Below, piece after piece: positions 1 through 8,903 of a stretch of DNA of 32,000 bases; positions within the stretch are counted from its first letter, which is position 1; each line of letters opens with the position of its first letter. A program made the translations under genes and the position numbers. The stretch is from an uncultured Veillonellaceae bacterium. Lineage in GTDB: Bacteria > Bacillota > Negativicutes > Selenomonadales > Selenomonadaceae. The notes below the pieces were generated by a model. That model searched no databases and was not told the origin of the DNA. It saw only the letters and a program-made list of their open reading frames with translations. The stretch is from NCBI GenBank assembly GCA_900315615.1, contig OMZT01000027.1:5865-37864 (forward strand), given 5' to 3'.

Positions 1-1
1 T

Positions 2-64
2 GATCCGAGGATACGCGCGTTCATGAAGAGCGTAGAACTGCATGAAAAGGGGGAAAGGGAATGA
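2..64 (+). CDS. 3' end of upstream ABC-transporter ATPase gene (MlaF-like), partial
   Basis: Frame 2 is open from the window edge and reads ...DPRIRAFMKSVELHEKGERE*. Stop TGA 62-64 overlaps the next ATG (ATGA). A DPR[IV]RxF tail is typical of MlaF-type ATPases. Only 20 codons are visible. Confidence 0.35.
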   Translation, partial: DPRIRAFMKSVELHEKGERE

Positions 65-1347
65 GTACGGAGGCGAAGGTCGGGCTGTTTACGATCAGCG
101 GCCTTTTACTGCTTTTTATAGCGGTGCTCCATCTTTCGGGGTATAATCCTGCGAGAGACAATGACTATACGGTGTACGTCGGATTCAATAAGGTCACAGG
201 ACTGGCACCGCAGGCCGAGGTGCTGTATGCGGGTGTACATGCTGGCCGCGTCGAGTCTGTACGTCCCGATGGCAGGGGCGTAGAGGTGACGATCACGGTT
301 GATCCGTCGATAAAGATTCCGAGGGATGCGGCGGTAACGATCGGCTCCTCCGGGGTCATGGGCGATAAATACATCAGTATCCTGCCCGAGAAGTCAATCA
401 GTCCCGAGTACCTGGAGAATGGCGATTTCATAGTCGGTCAGGATGAGCAGGGCATCGATACGGTGATTGAGCAGGCTGGCAAGACGCTTGAAAGCGTCCA
501 GCAGCTTTTGGCATCTGTGAATGATATCGTCGGCAATCCAAAGCTGAAGGATTCCATGCTGAAGTCGGCGGTGAACGTGCGCGACATCACGGCGAATATA
601 CGCGATATGACGGCTGCGATATCGCGGATCGTGGTACGCAATGAAGACCAGGCAGATGCGATGATGGCGAATCTCGTGTCCGCCACGGCGAGCATGAATC
701 AGGCTATGGACACGATCAGCCGAATGGCAGATGATGTGTCTGATGATGGAGCGACAGCCGCGAATCTGAAGCTTGCCATCGTGAACCTCAGGAAGACGAG
801 CGAGGATATCTCTGCAAGTGCGAGTGCGATACGCGACGTTGTGACGGATCCCGAGAAGCAGAAGCAGATCGATCATATCATCAGCAACGCGGAAGATATA
901 ACGAAGCGCGGGCGCAAGGTGATGGATAAGATCGGTAAGGTGTCCGATATCGACGTCAAGGCGAATATCGATGTGCTGTATAGTGGCAGTGAACATGACT
1001 GGACTACGAATGCGGCACTAGACCTCTACAAGAGCCCACATCGCTACATCACACTTGGCGTGGATGACATAGGCGGAAGGAACAGCACGGTTGCTACGGT
1101 GGGACGCATAAAGAGACATTTCGGCGCGAGGGCAGGTATCATAGATAATAAGCCGGGATTTGGCGTCGATATGTTCGGAGGGAAACGATTCAAGTTCTCT
1201 GCTGATGCAAGCGATTTCGATGATATGGAATTGCGCTTGCTTACGGTGTATAATATAGCTGATGACACAGCTATCATGGCGCAGTGGAACAATGTGAATC
1301 ACAGTGACGACAGGGCAGCTTATTTCGGTATAAGGCAGAGCTTCTGA
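61..1347 (+). CDS. mlaD: MCE/MlaD-family lipid-transport protein, long form with C-terminal beta-rich OM-type domain
   Basis: 428 aa with an SD (aaggggga) upstream. N-terminal TM helix (GLFTISGLLLLFIAVL). MCE core (YTVYVGFNKVTGLAPQAEVLYAGVHAGRVESV...GSSGVMGDKYISI). About 170 aa of helical A/D/S/N-rich segment follow. The last ~130 aa have alternating hydrophobicity and end ...AAYFGIRQSF (terminal Phe). Confidence 0.8.
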   Translation: MSTEAKVGLFTISGLLLLFIAVLHLSGYNPARDNDYTVYVGFNKVTGLAPQAEVLYAGVHAGRVESVRPDGRGVEVTITVDPSIKIPRDAAVTIGSSGVMGDKYISILPEKSISPEYLENGDFIVGQDEQGIDTVIEQAGKTLESVQQLLASVNDIVGNPKLKDSMLKSAVNVRDITANIRDMTAAISRIVVRNEDQADAMMANLVSATASMNQAMDTISRMADDVSDDGATAANLKLAIVNLRKTSEDISASASAIRDVVTDPEKQKQIDHIISNAEDITKRGRKVMDKIGKVSDIDVKANIDVLYSGSEHDWTTNAALDLYKSPHRYITLGVDDIGGRNSTVATVGRIKRHFGARAGIIDNKPGFGVDMFGGKRFKFSADASDFDDMELRLLTVYNIADDTAIMAQWNNVNHSDDRAAYFGIRQSF

Positions 1348-1472
1348 CCTTAAAGTTGCTTTTGTGTACGAAACGGAATGTGATTTTATTATTTTTACAT
1401 AAGATAATTCTAATATGTGTGTTGCATAATAGACCGTAGTTTTCGTTTGAGTGAGATACGACAGGGGGAATC

Positions 1473-3098
1473 GTGTTGAATAGAACAAGGAACTTCAGGA
1501 AAGGGCTTGCTTCTTTTGTTGCAGCCTGCATTGCTATGGGTGCGAGTACAGTCCTTGCCGCAGACAGCGTGGATATAGATCTTGATGCTAGCGTCCGTAT
1601 GGCCATGGAGAATAATCGTACGATAAAGCAGTCCGTGTACGATATGGACGCTGCAGAGTGGAGCCTGTCAGAGGCGCGCCGCAACCGTGGACCAAAGGTA
1701 AACTGGACTACGAGTGCCCTGAGGACTGGTGGCGATGCGATGGCTCAGGCGCGTATGGCGTCGGGCGGACATCCAGAGTACCGCTATGGGTTCACTCATA
1801 CGGGGGCGATCAGCTACCCGCTCTATACTGGCGGAGCATATGAGAGTGCCATAAAGGGTGCCGGCTATGGCGTCAACGTCGCAGACCTTACGCTGGAGGC
1901 GACGAAGCAGCAGGTGCGCTACTATACGACGGCGCAGTATTATCAGATACTTGAGGGAAGGAATCTGATAAATGTACGCCAGAAGTCTGTGGACAACCTG
2001 CAGGCACATCTCGATAACGTTCATGCGCAGTACAATGTCGGTACGGTCGCAAAGTCGGACGTGCTCGCGTCGCAGGTGGCTCTTGCCAATGCGCAGCAGG
2101 CACTGGTGACACAGAAGAATAATTACGATGTCGCGATGGCTTCGCTCAATAATCTCATAGGTTTGCCGACGAATACGGTGCTTAATATACGCGACGAGCT
2201 GAAATACAAGGAGTATGGCCTAACGGAGCAGGGGTGCACGGAGTATGCACTCGTCCATAGGCCGGATGGCATAGCCGCAGACTATGGAGTGAAGGTGGCA
2301 GAGGCTGCCGTTAACCAGGCAAAGTCTGGCAATCGGCCCATGCTGAATGCGCAGGCACAGAAGATGCGCGGCGGTGAGGGATTCACTGAGGACAACCATA
2401 CGAGCAACAACTCGTGGACGGCTGGACTCGCTCTTTCATGGAATGTGTTCGACAACAATGTCACTGGAGCGAAGGTGAAGCAGGCGGAGTCTCAATTGAA
2501 TAAGGCTCGTCAGGCAGCACAGGCTGAGAAGGAGCAGATACAGCTTGAGGTGCGTCAGGCTTACCTTTCGATGGTTGCAGCGGCAACGAATATAAAGACG
2601 ACCCAGGTTGCTGTCGCTCAGGCAGAGGAAGACTATAAGATCGCACAGGTTCGCTACAGCGCAGGTGTCGGTACAAACCTTGATGTTATGGACGCTGATG
2701 AGAAGCTGACATCGGCACGCACGAACTATTATACGGCACTTTATAACTATAATGTGAGTAAAGCACAGCTCGATCAGGCGATGGGCATACCGGTCGACCT
2801 CGATCCTGTAGAATATAAGGCGACTGCCGAGGATGAGGTTCGCCGCCGTGAGAAGAAGGCTACGGATGAGCAGCGTGCGGAAATCTCAAAACGCCGTCAG
2901 TCCGTTGCAGCGGATGAGAAGCTTGAGGAGGAGAATCTTCAGGTCAAGAAGAATAAAGCTATAGAGAAGAAAGCTGAGGCCGACTCGCCGGCAGTGGCTG
3001 CTGCTGCGGGAGCTGCTCATGATAAGGAGACGAAGGCTCCAAATGCAGAGCAGAAGGCAGAGTCGAGCGCACAGGTCGCAGCGGAAATGAGCAAGTGA
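1473..3098 (+). CDS. tolC: TolC-family outer membrane efflux protein with charged C-terminal tail
   Basis: 541 aa. GTG start 1473 with SD aggggg at 1463-1468. Signal peptide (...GASTVLA/AD). Two-repeat OEP architecture with typical helices (LEATKQQVRYYTTAQYYQILEGRN; LDVMDADEKLTSARTNYYTALYNYNVSKAQLDQAMG). Confidence 0.85.
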   Translation: MLNRTRNFRKGLASFVAACIAMGASTVLAADSVDIDLDASVRMAMENNRTIKQSVYDMDAAEWSLSEARRNRGPKVNWTTSALRTGGDAMAQARMASGGHPEYRYGFTHTGAISYPLYTGGAYESAIKGAGYGVNVADLTLEATKQQVRYYTTAQYYQILEGRNLINVRQKSVDNLQAHLDNVHAQYNVGTVAKSDVLASQVALANAQQALVTQKNNYDVAMASLNNLIGLPTNTVLNIRDELKYKEYGLTEQGCTEYALVHRPDGIAADYGVKVAEAAVNQAKSGNRPMLNAQAQKMRGGEGFTEDNHTSNNSWTAGLALSWNVFDNNVTGAKVKQAESQLNKARQAAQAEKEQIQLEVRQAYLSMVAAATNIKTTQVAVAQAEEDYKIAQVRYSAGVGTNLDVMDADEKLTSARTNYYTALYNYNVSKAQLDQAMGIPVDLDPVEYKATAEDEVRRREKKATDEQRAEISKRRQSVAADEKLEEENLQVKKNKAIEKKAEADSPAVAAAAGAAHDKETKAPNAEQKAESSAQVAAEMSK

Positions 3099-3170
3099 TT
3101 TCGGTGATTTGACAGCCGGAGCATGGCTTGCATTTGGTATCATGAGTGTACGAATTAGCGGAGGCTCATT

Positions 3171-6100
3171 ATGAAGCACAGAAGGATCTACATAACTGCC
3201 ATAGTGGCAGCAGGCACGGTCTTGCTGTGCTTTTTTGCATTGCTGATGTATATGAGAAGTGCGGGATTTTCCGAGCAGGCTGCTAGGATCGTATCGGAAA
3301 AGGCGACGCAGACGCTTGAGACGCGCATTGAGCTTGGCAGCGTGAAGATTGACGACAATAAGGATATCGTCATCAATGATGCTGCGATATACGATAAGCA
3401 AGATAAGATCGTCGCAAAGATTCCTGAGGCTGTAGTAAAGCTTAGCTATATGGCAGCAATCAAGGGCGCATCTGCCGGCTCTGTGAGCGAGGTATCCGTG
3501 AAGAACCCTGAGGTCTGGCTAAGTGAACGGGATGATGGCAGCTGGAACGTGCAGGACCTCTTGAAGGAGAGCAGTGAGGAGAGCGGATTCCGCGGCAAGG
3601 TGAGGTTGAGCGGAGGTACCGTCACGGTTTCCATGCGTGGACAGACGCTGAAGCTGCGTCAGGTGGAAGGCACTGTCGATATGGCTGACAGCCCATCGGC
3701 AGATATAGATGTGGACTGCATGAGTATGTATTCTCCCATCCATGCTGAGGGAACCGTATCCTCTGATGTGCAGGATGTCAAAGTAACGATCGATGACGTG
3801 GGGATTGAGGATTACATGAAGTACCTCACGTTATTGCCGCCTCTGCCGGAGGGGATAGATATAAAGAGCGGCACGATAGATCACGCTGAGGCGTATATCC
3901 GTCATGATGGCGACGGACTAGCACTCAAAGGGCGTGCGGCTTTCCATGATGGCGCGGTGACCGCCATGGGAGTCGATATAGCTAAGCTGCAGGGACAGGC
4001 GAACTTCGACCAGTCGTCTGCCATGCTGTTCATCCATGCGGAGGCAGCTGGTGAGCCTGCGGCCATACATGGCAGGATAAGATGGGATGAGGAATCACCA
4101 AGGCTCGCCCTTGTGGCGGAGTCTGAGGGTTTTGATCCATCTAAGGTCATGGTAGATTTGCCGTTTGCAGGGAAGGTCTCCTTCCGTGCGAGCGTAGGCG
4201 GAACGCTCGATGCACCGGTCATCAGAGGCAAATTCGAGACGGCTGAGGCGGTCGCGTATGGGATTCCTCTGCAGGACGCGCGTGTGGATCTCACCTATGA
4301 TGGTATGGATGCCGATTTGCGCCATTTCGAGGCGGATATCCTCGGCGGTCATGCGGAGGGCGAGGGACGGCTACATATGGATGACCTCTCCTATGATCTG
4401 CACGTGAAGGCGGCAGGAATCGACATTGCAGGGCTGTCTGATCTGGTGGGGCAGGATATGGCCGGTACGGCAGATGGTGATATCGCACTCAATGGCGTCG
4501 GGACAGATACCGCTGGTATCTCGGTCTATGGCAGCGCTAGCATAAAGGATGGCAGGCTGAAGGGAGCCGAGTTCACACGGGCAGATGCATCATTCTTCGT
4601 GAGTGATGGTATGACCGTGATAGACGCGGCTAATGTCCTCTTCCCAGGTGGCGGAGAGATCGGCGCAACGGGGTCGATACGCAACGCAGATGAGATAGCA
4701 CTCGATTTCTATGGCGCGCATATAAACCTTCGTAATCTCGCGAACGCATTTCCAGACTATATAGATGCGGGCGGTATAGCGGATATCGATGGCTCGGTAC
4801 ATGGAAGCCTTTCCAATCCGATGGTAGAGGCCGATCTATCTGCAGTGGACGGGCATCTCTTCAAGCAGCCGTTTGAGCTTTTGCGTACGTCTGTGTCGGG
4901 CAGCCTTGATGGCATCGGTGTCGACTATTTCCAATTGGAGAATAACGGCAAAAATACATGGTATGTGAAGGGGTCTGTGGGCTTTACCAGAGATAAGAAG
5001 ATCGATCTACAGATAGATACGGTCGGTGCGCGTATGGAAGATATCGCGGCACTCGTAGCGCCAGATCAACCCATCACAGGTAATGTCGATAATATCATAA
5101 AGATAACGGGTACACTCGACAATCCGTCTGCTGTTGGATACGTCCATTTCTATCGTGGAAGCTATCGCGGCTATCTGCTTTCAGGTATGGATGGCGACTA
5201 TACATATAAGGATAAGGTCGTCACGGTGCAGGACTTCCATATTTTCTCACCGATTGTCGATATGGATCTGAATGGCACGATCGATCCGAAGTATGATATC
5301 AATATGAAAGTCGAGGCGCATGATATAGACCTGAAGCGCATGGCGTCAAGACTGCCATATCCTGTGGAGGGTCATGCAAAATTCTCAGGACTTATCGCGG
5401 GTAATGTGTCGGCACCTGTGTTCGATGGTAAACTGACTGGTGACAAGCTGACATTGAACGGTCAGGATATAGCGGATGTAAGGGGCGACGTGCATTACCG
5501 CGATCATATCGTCAGTGTCGAAGGCTTCACGTTCCACCAGAATGACGGTATCTTCGGGATGGACATGAAGGCAGGGCTCAATGATAAGAGCTTGTCCGGC
5601 AAGATCGATATCACGAACGGTGACGTACAAGCCATTGCCGCGTTCGCGGACCTTAAAAATGATATATTCACGGGCAGGCTTTCCGGTACGCTCGATATCG
5701 CGGGCACGATGGATAATCCAAAGGCACATCTCGAGGCCGTAGTGCCCGATGGCAAGCTCAGGGAGTATTCACTTACGGATGTTGCAGTAGATGCAGATTA
5801 TGAGGATGGAGTTTTGACGCTCAGCGAGTTCAGCGGACATCAGGATGATGGCTTCTTTATCGCTAGCGGTGTCATGGACAGTAACCGTGATATCGATGCC
5901 GAGGCTAATATCGAGAATGCTCCGCTGGGGCTTATTGCCGCATGTGCTGGCTCGAGTGCCAAGGTCAGCGGTACGGTCAATGCACAGGCAAAGATCAGTG
6001 GCAACCTCTCGAGCCCGCGTGCTGTGGTGACGCTGCAGGCGAAGAATGGAGGTGTCGGCACGGCGACGTTCGACAACCTCACGGGCGACTTGAACCTGGA

Positions 6101-7520
6101 TCATGGTGTTCTCGAGGTGCATGAGCTTCGTATGGAAAAGCAGGGGAAAGACAAGGTGTATAGCCTCAGTGCTGCGGGAACAGCACCTCTAAAGGCGATC
6201 ATGGCGAAGGATAACAACATAGGCAGCGCGTATGACCAGTTCAACCTGACGGTCAACCTCGAGAATGCTGACCTGGGACTTCTACCAGCACTTTCCCGGC
6301 AGGTAGACTGGGCGATGGGCCCTCTGACGGGCAAGTTGAACGTGACGGGCACGCTAGCAAGACCGCTCGTCAATGGCGAGGTTAAGCTGTCGGGTGGTGC
6401 CATGAAGCTGAAACTCCTGAAAGATCCAATCACGGATATGGAGTTTGATATAAAGGCAGCTGGAGACCGCCTAAACATAGAAAAGGGCTCGCTCAAAATG
6501 GGCGGCGGAAAGGCTGAACTGACTGGCAGCACGCTCTTTACGGGGAATGGTTTCAGCGGATATGATATCGCTCTAAAAGCCGATAAGCTCGGCGTGAACA
6601 GTACCGTATACAAGGGACCTCTTGATGGAGAGCTCAGACTGTCTGAAGGCGTTATAGGCAAGGGAAAGCCATGGGAGAAAACACTGCCAGAGCTTTCGGG
6701 GCATTTAGATATCAGCGATGTCACAATCTCAGTGCCAAGCCTGCCATCAGGCGATAGCGAGCTGCCGGATATCATTCTCGATTTTGATGTGAATCTCGGT
6801 AAGAAGGTACACCTTTACAGTGCGTCACTCTATGACATGTGGTTCAGCGGAGGCGTACATTTCGGAGGTACGACGAAGCATCCTAGGACCTCCGGAACCG
6901 TGAAGGTACAGAGGGGCTCTATCACCTACAACAACACGATATTCCGCGTGTCAGAGGGAGAAGCTTATTTCAATCAGGTTGATTCATTCCTGCCGAGCAT
7001 ACATTTCGTTTCATCGGCGCGCGTCAATAGGGTAAAGATATCCTTGACTGTTGACGGACCGCTTGAGCATATGGATTTCAAGCTTTCGTCGAGCCCATCG
7101 ATGAGTCAGACGGAGATCATACGCCTGCTGACATTCCATAACAGCAGCATGGATACGCTGGACTCGGAGCTGAATGCACAGGATCTCGTAAGCTTCGGTC
7201 TCAGGATGAGTGTCCTGAATGAACTGGAGAATTCGATGAGAGATCTTTTGCATCTCGATCAGTTCACGATATCAGGTGAGGCAGGTCATCTGTCTACGGA
7301 TAACAAGGGCGGCAGCAGACAGTCTCAAGACGTCGTCTACAGCGTTGAGATGGGTAAGTATATCGGCGATAAGGTCATGGTCAATTACAAACAGGCTTTC
7401 AATGATGATGAATACCGCGTCGGTATGATGTATGAGTTCAATGATAGATACAGTCTGATAGCCGGTCGGGATACGGAGAAGGGCTTCATGACGGGTATAC
7501 TTGCGAAGATAAGGTTCTAA
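3171..7520 (+). CDS. tamB: TamB / AsmA-like translocation-and-assembly-module protein
   Basis: 1449 aa. N-terminal signal anchor (IYITAIVAAGTVLLCFFALLMYM). The long beta-rich body carries recurring G-[TSN]-[LMV]-x-x-P motifs (GTLDAPVIRG, GSLSNPMVEA, GTLDNPSAVG, GNVSAPVFDG, GTMDNPKAHL, GNLSSPRAVV, GTLARPLVNG). DUF490-like C-terminus (...VMVNYKQAF..YRVGMMYEFNDRYSLIAGRD...). Confidence 0.85.
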   Translation: MKHRRIYITAIVAAGTVLLCFFALLMYMRSAGFSEQAARIVSEKATQTLETRIELGSVKIDDNKDIVINDAAIYDKQDKIVAKIPEAVVKLSYMAAIKGASAGSVSEVSVKNPEVWLSERDDGSWNVQDLLKESSEESGFRGKVRLSGGTVTVSMRGQTLKLRQVEGTVDMADSPSADIDVDCMSMYSPIHAEGTVSSDVQDVKVTIDDVGIEDYMKYLTLLPPLPEGIDIKSGTIDHAEAYIRHDGDGLALKGRAAFHDGAVTAMGVDIAKLQGQANFDQSSAMLFIHAEAAGEPAAIHGRIRWDEESPRLALVAESEGFDPSKVMVDLPFAGKVSFRASVGGTLDAPVIRGKFETAEAVAYGIPLQDARVDLTYDGMDADLRHFEADILGGHAEGEGRLHMDDLSYDLHVKAAGIDIAGLSDLVGQDMAGTADGDIALNGVGTDTAGISVYGSASIKDGRLKGAEFTRADASFFVSDGMTVIDAANVLFPGGGEIGATGSIRNADEIALDFYGAHINLRNLANAFPDYIDAGGIADIDGSVHGSLSNPMVEADLSAVDGHLFKQPFELLRTSVSGSLDGIGVDYFQLENNGKNTWYVKGSVGFTRDKKIDLQIDTVGARMEDIAALVAPDQPITGNVDNIIKITGTLDNPSAVGYVHFYRGSYRGYLLSGMDGDYTYKDKVVTVQDFHIFSPIVDMDLNGTIDPKYDINMKVEAHDIDLKRMASRLPYPVEGHAKFSGLIAGNVSAPVFDGKLTGDKLTLNGQDIADVRGDVHYRDHIVSVEGFTFHQNDGIFGMDMKAGLNDKSLSGKIDITNGDVQAIAAFADLKNDIFTGRLSGTLDIAGTMDNPKAHLEAVVPDGKLREYSLTDVAVDADYEDGVLTLSEFSGHQDDGFFIASGVMDSNRDIDAEANIENAPLGLIAACAGSSAKVSGTVNAQAKISGNLSSPRAVVTLQAKNGGVGTATFDNLTGDLNLDHGVLEVHELRMEKQGKDKVYSLSAAGTAPLKAIMAKDNNIGSAYDQFNLTVNLENADLGLLPALSRQVDWAMGPLTGKLNVTGTLARPLVNGEVKLSGGAMKLKLLKDPITDMEFDIKAAGDRLNIEKGSLKMGGGKAELTGSTLFTGNGFSGYDIALKADKLGVNSTVYKGPLDGELRLSEGVIGKGKPWEKTLPELSGHLDISDVTISVPSLPSGDSELPDIILDFDVNLGKKVHLYSASLYDMWFSGGVHFGGTTKHPRTSGTVKVQRGSITYNNTIFRVSEGEAYFNQVDSFLPSIHFVSSARVNRVKISLTVDGPLEHMDFKLSSSPSMSQTEIIRLLTFHNSSMDTLDSELNAQDLVSFGLRMSVLNELENSMRDLLHLDQFTISGEAGHLSTDNKGGSRQSQDVVYSVEMGKYIGDKVMVNYKQAFNDDEYRVGMMYEFNDRYSLIAGRDTEKGFMTGILAKIRF

Positions 7521-7521
7521 T

Positions 7522-8133
7522 ATGGATATAGCAGCATATATCAAAGAATTGAATAATATCAGTATGCTCAGCGAAACTGAGGAAAAGCAGCTTTGGGAGC
7601 AGTGCTGTGCGGGCGATGAGTCTGCCCGCCAACGTATCATAGAAGCATATCAGCCTTTGGTGTTCAAGACGGCTTTACCGTACAGGAGCATGGATCAGGT
7701 GATGGATATCATCCAGGAAGGAACTGTCGGGCTGATAGAGGCCGTTGACAAGTACAATCCGTCCAAAGGGGTGGCATTTAGCCTGTATGCTGTGCACCGC
7801 ATAAGAGGCCGTATGCTGGATTTCATCAGAAAGGAATGTGCGGGCACCGTATCGACTCTCAATTCGGAGGATGGTATCGAACCACAGGATACGGCTCCGG
7901 CTGTGCCTGAGCAGGCAGAGGAAAATTTTCTCGTTCAGACGGTGAAGTCTGCGATAGCCAGGCTCCCAATGAAGGAGAAAGCTGTGATAGAGGGCATATA
8001 TCTAAGGAGCCGTGAGGTATCTGATGTGGCTGAGAGCCTGGATATCAGCGCGTCGCATGTGTACCGCCTGCAGAAAAGCGGCGTGAGGCGCGTGCGCGGG
8101 ATGCTGTCCAGATTCATATATCAATGGAAGTAG
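7522..8133 (+). CDS. sigma-70-family RNA polymerase sigma factor, group-3 / FliA(sigma-28)-like, short region 3
   Basis: 203 aa. ATG 7522 lies 1 nt after the tamB stop (TAA 7518-7520). Region 2: IIEAYQPLVFKTA...DIIQEGTVGLIEAVDKYNPSKGVAFSLYAVHRIRGRMLDFIRKE. Region 4 HTH: LPMKEKAVIEGIYLRSREVSDVAESLDISASHVYRLQKSGVRRVRGML. Confidence 0.85.
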   Translation: MDIAAYIKELNNISMLSETEEKQLWEQCCAGDESARQRIIEAYQPLVFKTALPYRSMDQVMDIIQEGTVGLIEAVDKYNPSKGVAFSLYAVHRIRGRMLDFIRKECAGTVSTLNSEDGIEPQDTAPAVPEQAEENFLVQTVKSAIARLPMKEKAVIEGIYLRSREVSDVAESLDISASHVYRLQKSGVRRVRGMLSRFIYQWK

Positions 8134-8291
8134 TAGAAATACGCTAAAAAAGAGAGATATACCGAGAAAAATGTATATGATGCTGTTTTTTTGGTATATA
8201 CGGCTTGCAGTTATCATGAGATATATCGGATATATATATAAGAGTTGAAGGGGTTTCGGCTCTGTGTTTTTACTGGCAAGGGGGGATCTTT

Positions 8292-8834
8292 ATGCATGGT
8301 GGCAGACGTAATCTTAGAAAGCATATACGAGCTGCAAGGGACTGGCTGAGCCGTGCGGATGACTCACTTGGCAGGGAGAATGATGCGGCGGGTGAGCTTC
8401 ATCTAATGCTGGCCCGTGCTGAGATGCAGCGCGCCAGCGAATCTACAAAACCGCGCACGTTCTTGCGGAGGGCTCTGCCGCTGTGTACGGCGGCAATCAT
8501 AGCGGCGGTGGGTTTTTCCATATGGCACCACGCGTCAACGCAGCCGATGACAGAGCCTCCTTTAGAGGTGCAGCCTGTAGAGACCACAGAGGTGCACGCT
8601 GCAGTACCGCCACAGGAGCAGGCAGTGACGAAAGACGTGTCAAATGAAAAATACGTTCCTGTAGTGGCGAAAAAACAGGAAACAGTGTATAATAAGGAAT
8701 CAGTGTTGGATGAGAAGGCACAGCAAGCTCAGCAGCCTGCTGAGACCAGACGTGACACGGCAAAGCCAGCTCCTCCTGACGAGGCGGTACAGAAGCTCAT
8801 GCGTCAGGCGGGCAGGACACTTAAAGCACAGTAA
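8292..8834 (+). CDS. hypothetical single-pass membrane protein (anti-sigma-like topology)
   Basis: 180 aa with a strong SD (aagggggga) 5-6 nt before the ATG. The first ~60 aa are basic and helical. One TM helix (LPLCTAAIIAAVGFSIW). A P/E/Q/V/A-rich low-complexity C-terminal half follows. I recognise no family motif. Confidence 0.6.
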   Translation: MHGGRRNLRKHIRAARDWLSRADDSLGRENDAAGELHLMLARAEMQRASESTKPRTFLRRALPLCTAAIIAAVGFSIWHHASTQPMTEPPLEVQPVETTEVHAAVPPQEQAVTKDVSNEKYVPVVAKKQETVYNKESVLDEKAQQAQQPAETRRDTAKPAPPDEAVQKLMRQAGRTLKAQ

Positions 8835-8849
8835 TCTTGAGTGAGTCAT

Positions 8850-8868
8850 TCCGGCAGCGGCTGCCGGA
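8850..8868 (+). other. perfect 19-nt palindrome (GC-rich hairpin) between the hypothetical gene and bamA
   Basis: tccggcagc-g-gctgccgga. There is no following T-run, so it is not a canonical terminator. It could be an RNA-stability or processing hairpin. Confidence 0.4.
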
Positions 8869-8903
8869 GTGTTATACGTTAGAATCTAGGGAGGATTGTC
8901 AAC

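Noticed and set aside
3109-3143. TTGACA ... TATCAT upstream of tamB as a promoter
   Set aside because: The spacer is 23 bp, far outside the 16-19 bp range. No alternative hexamer pair fits, so tamB is more likely co-transcribed with tolC.
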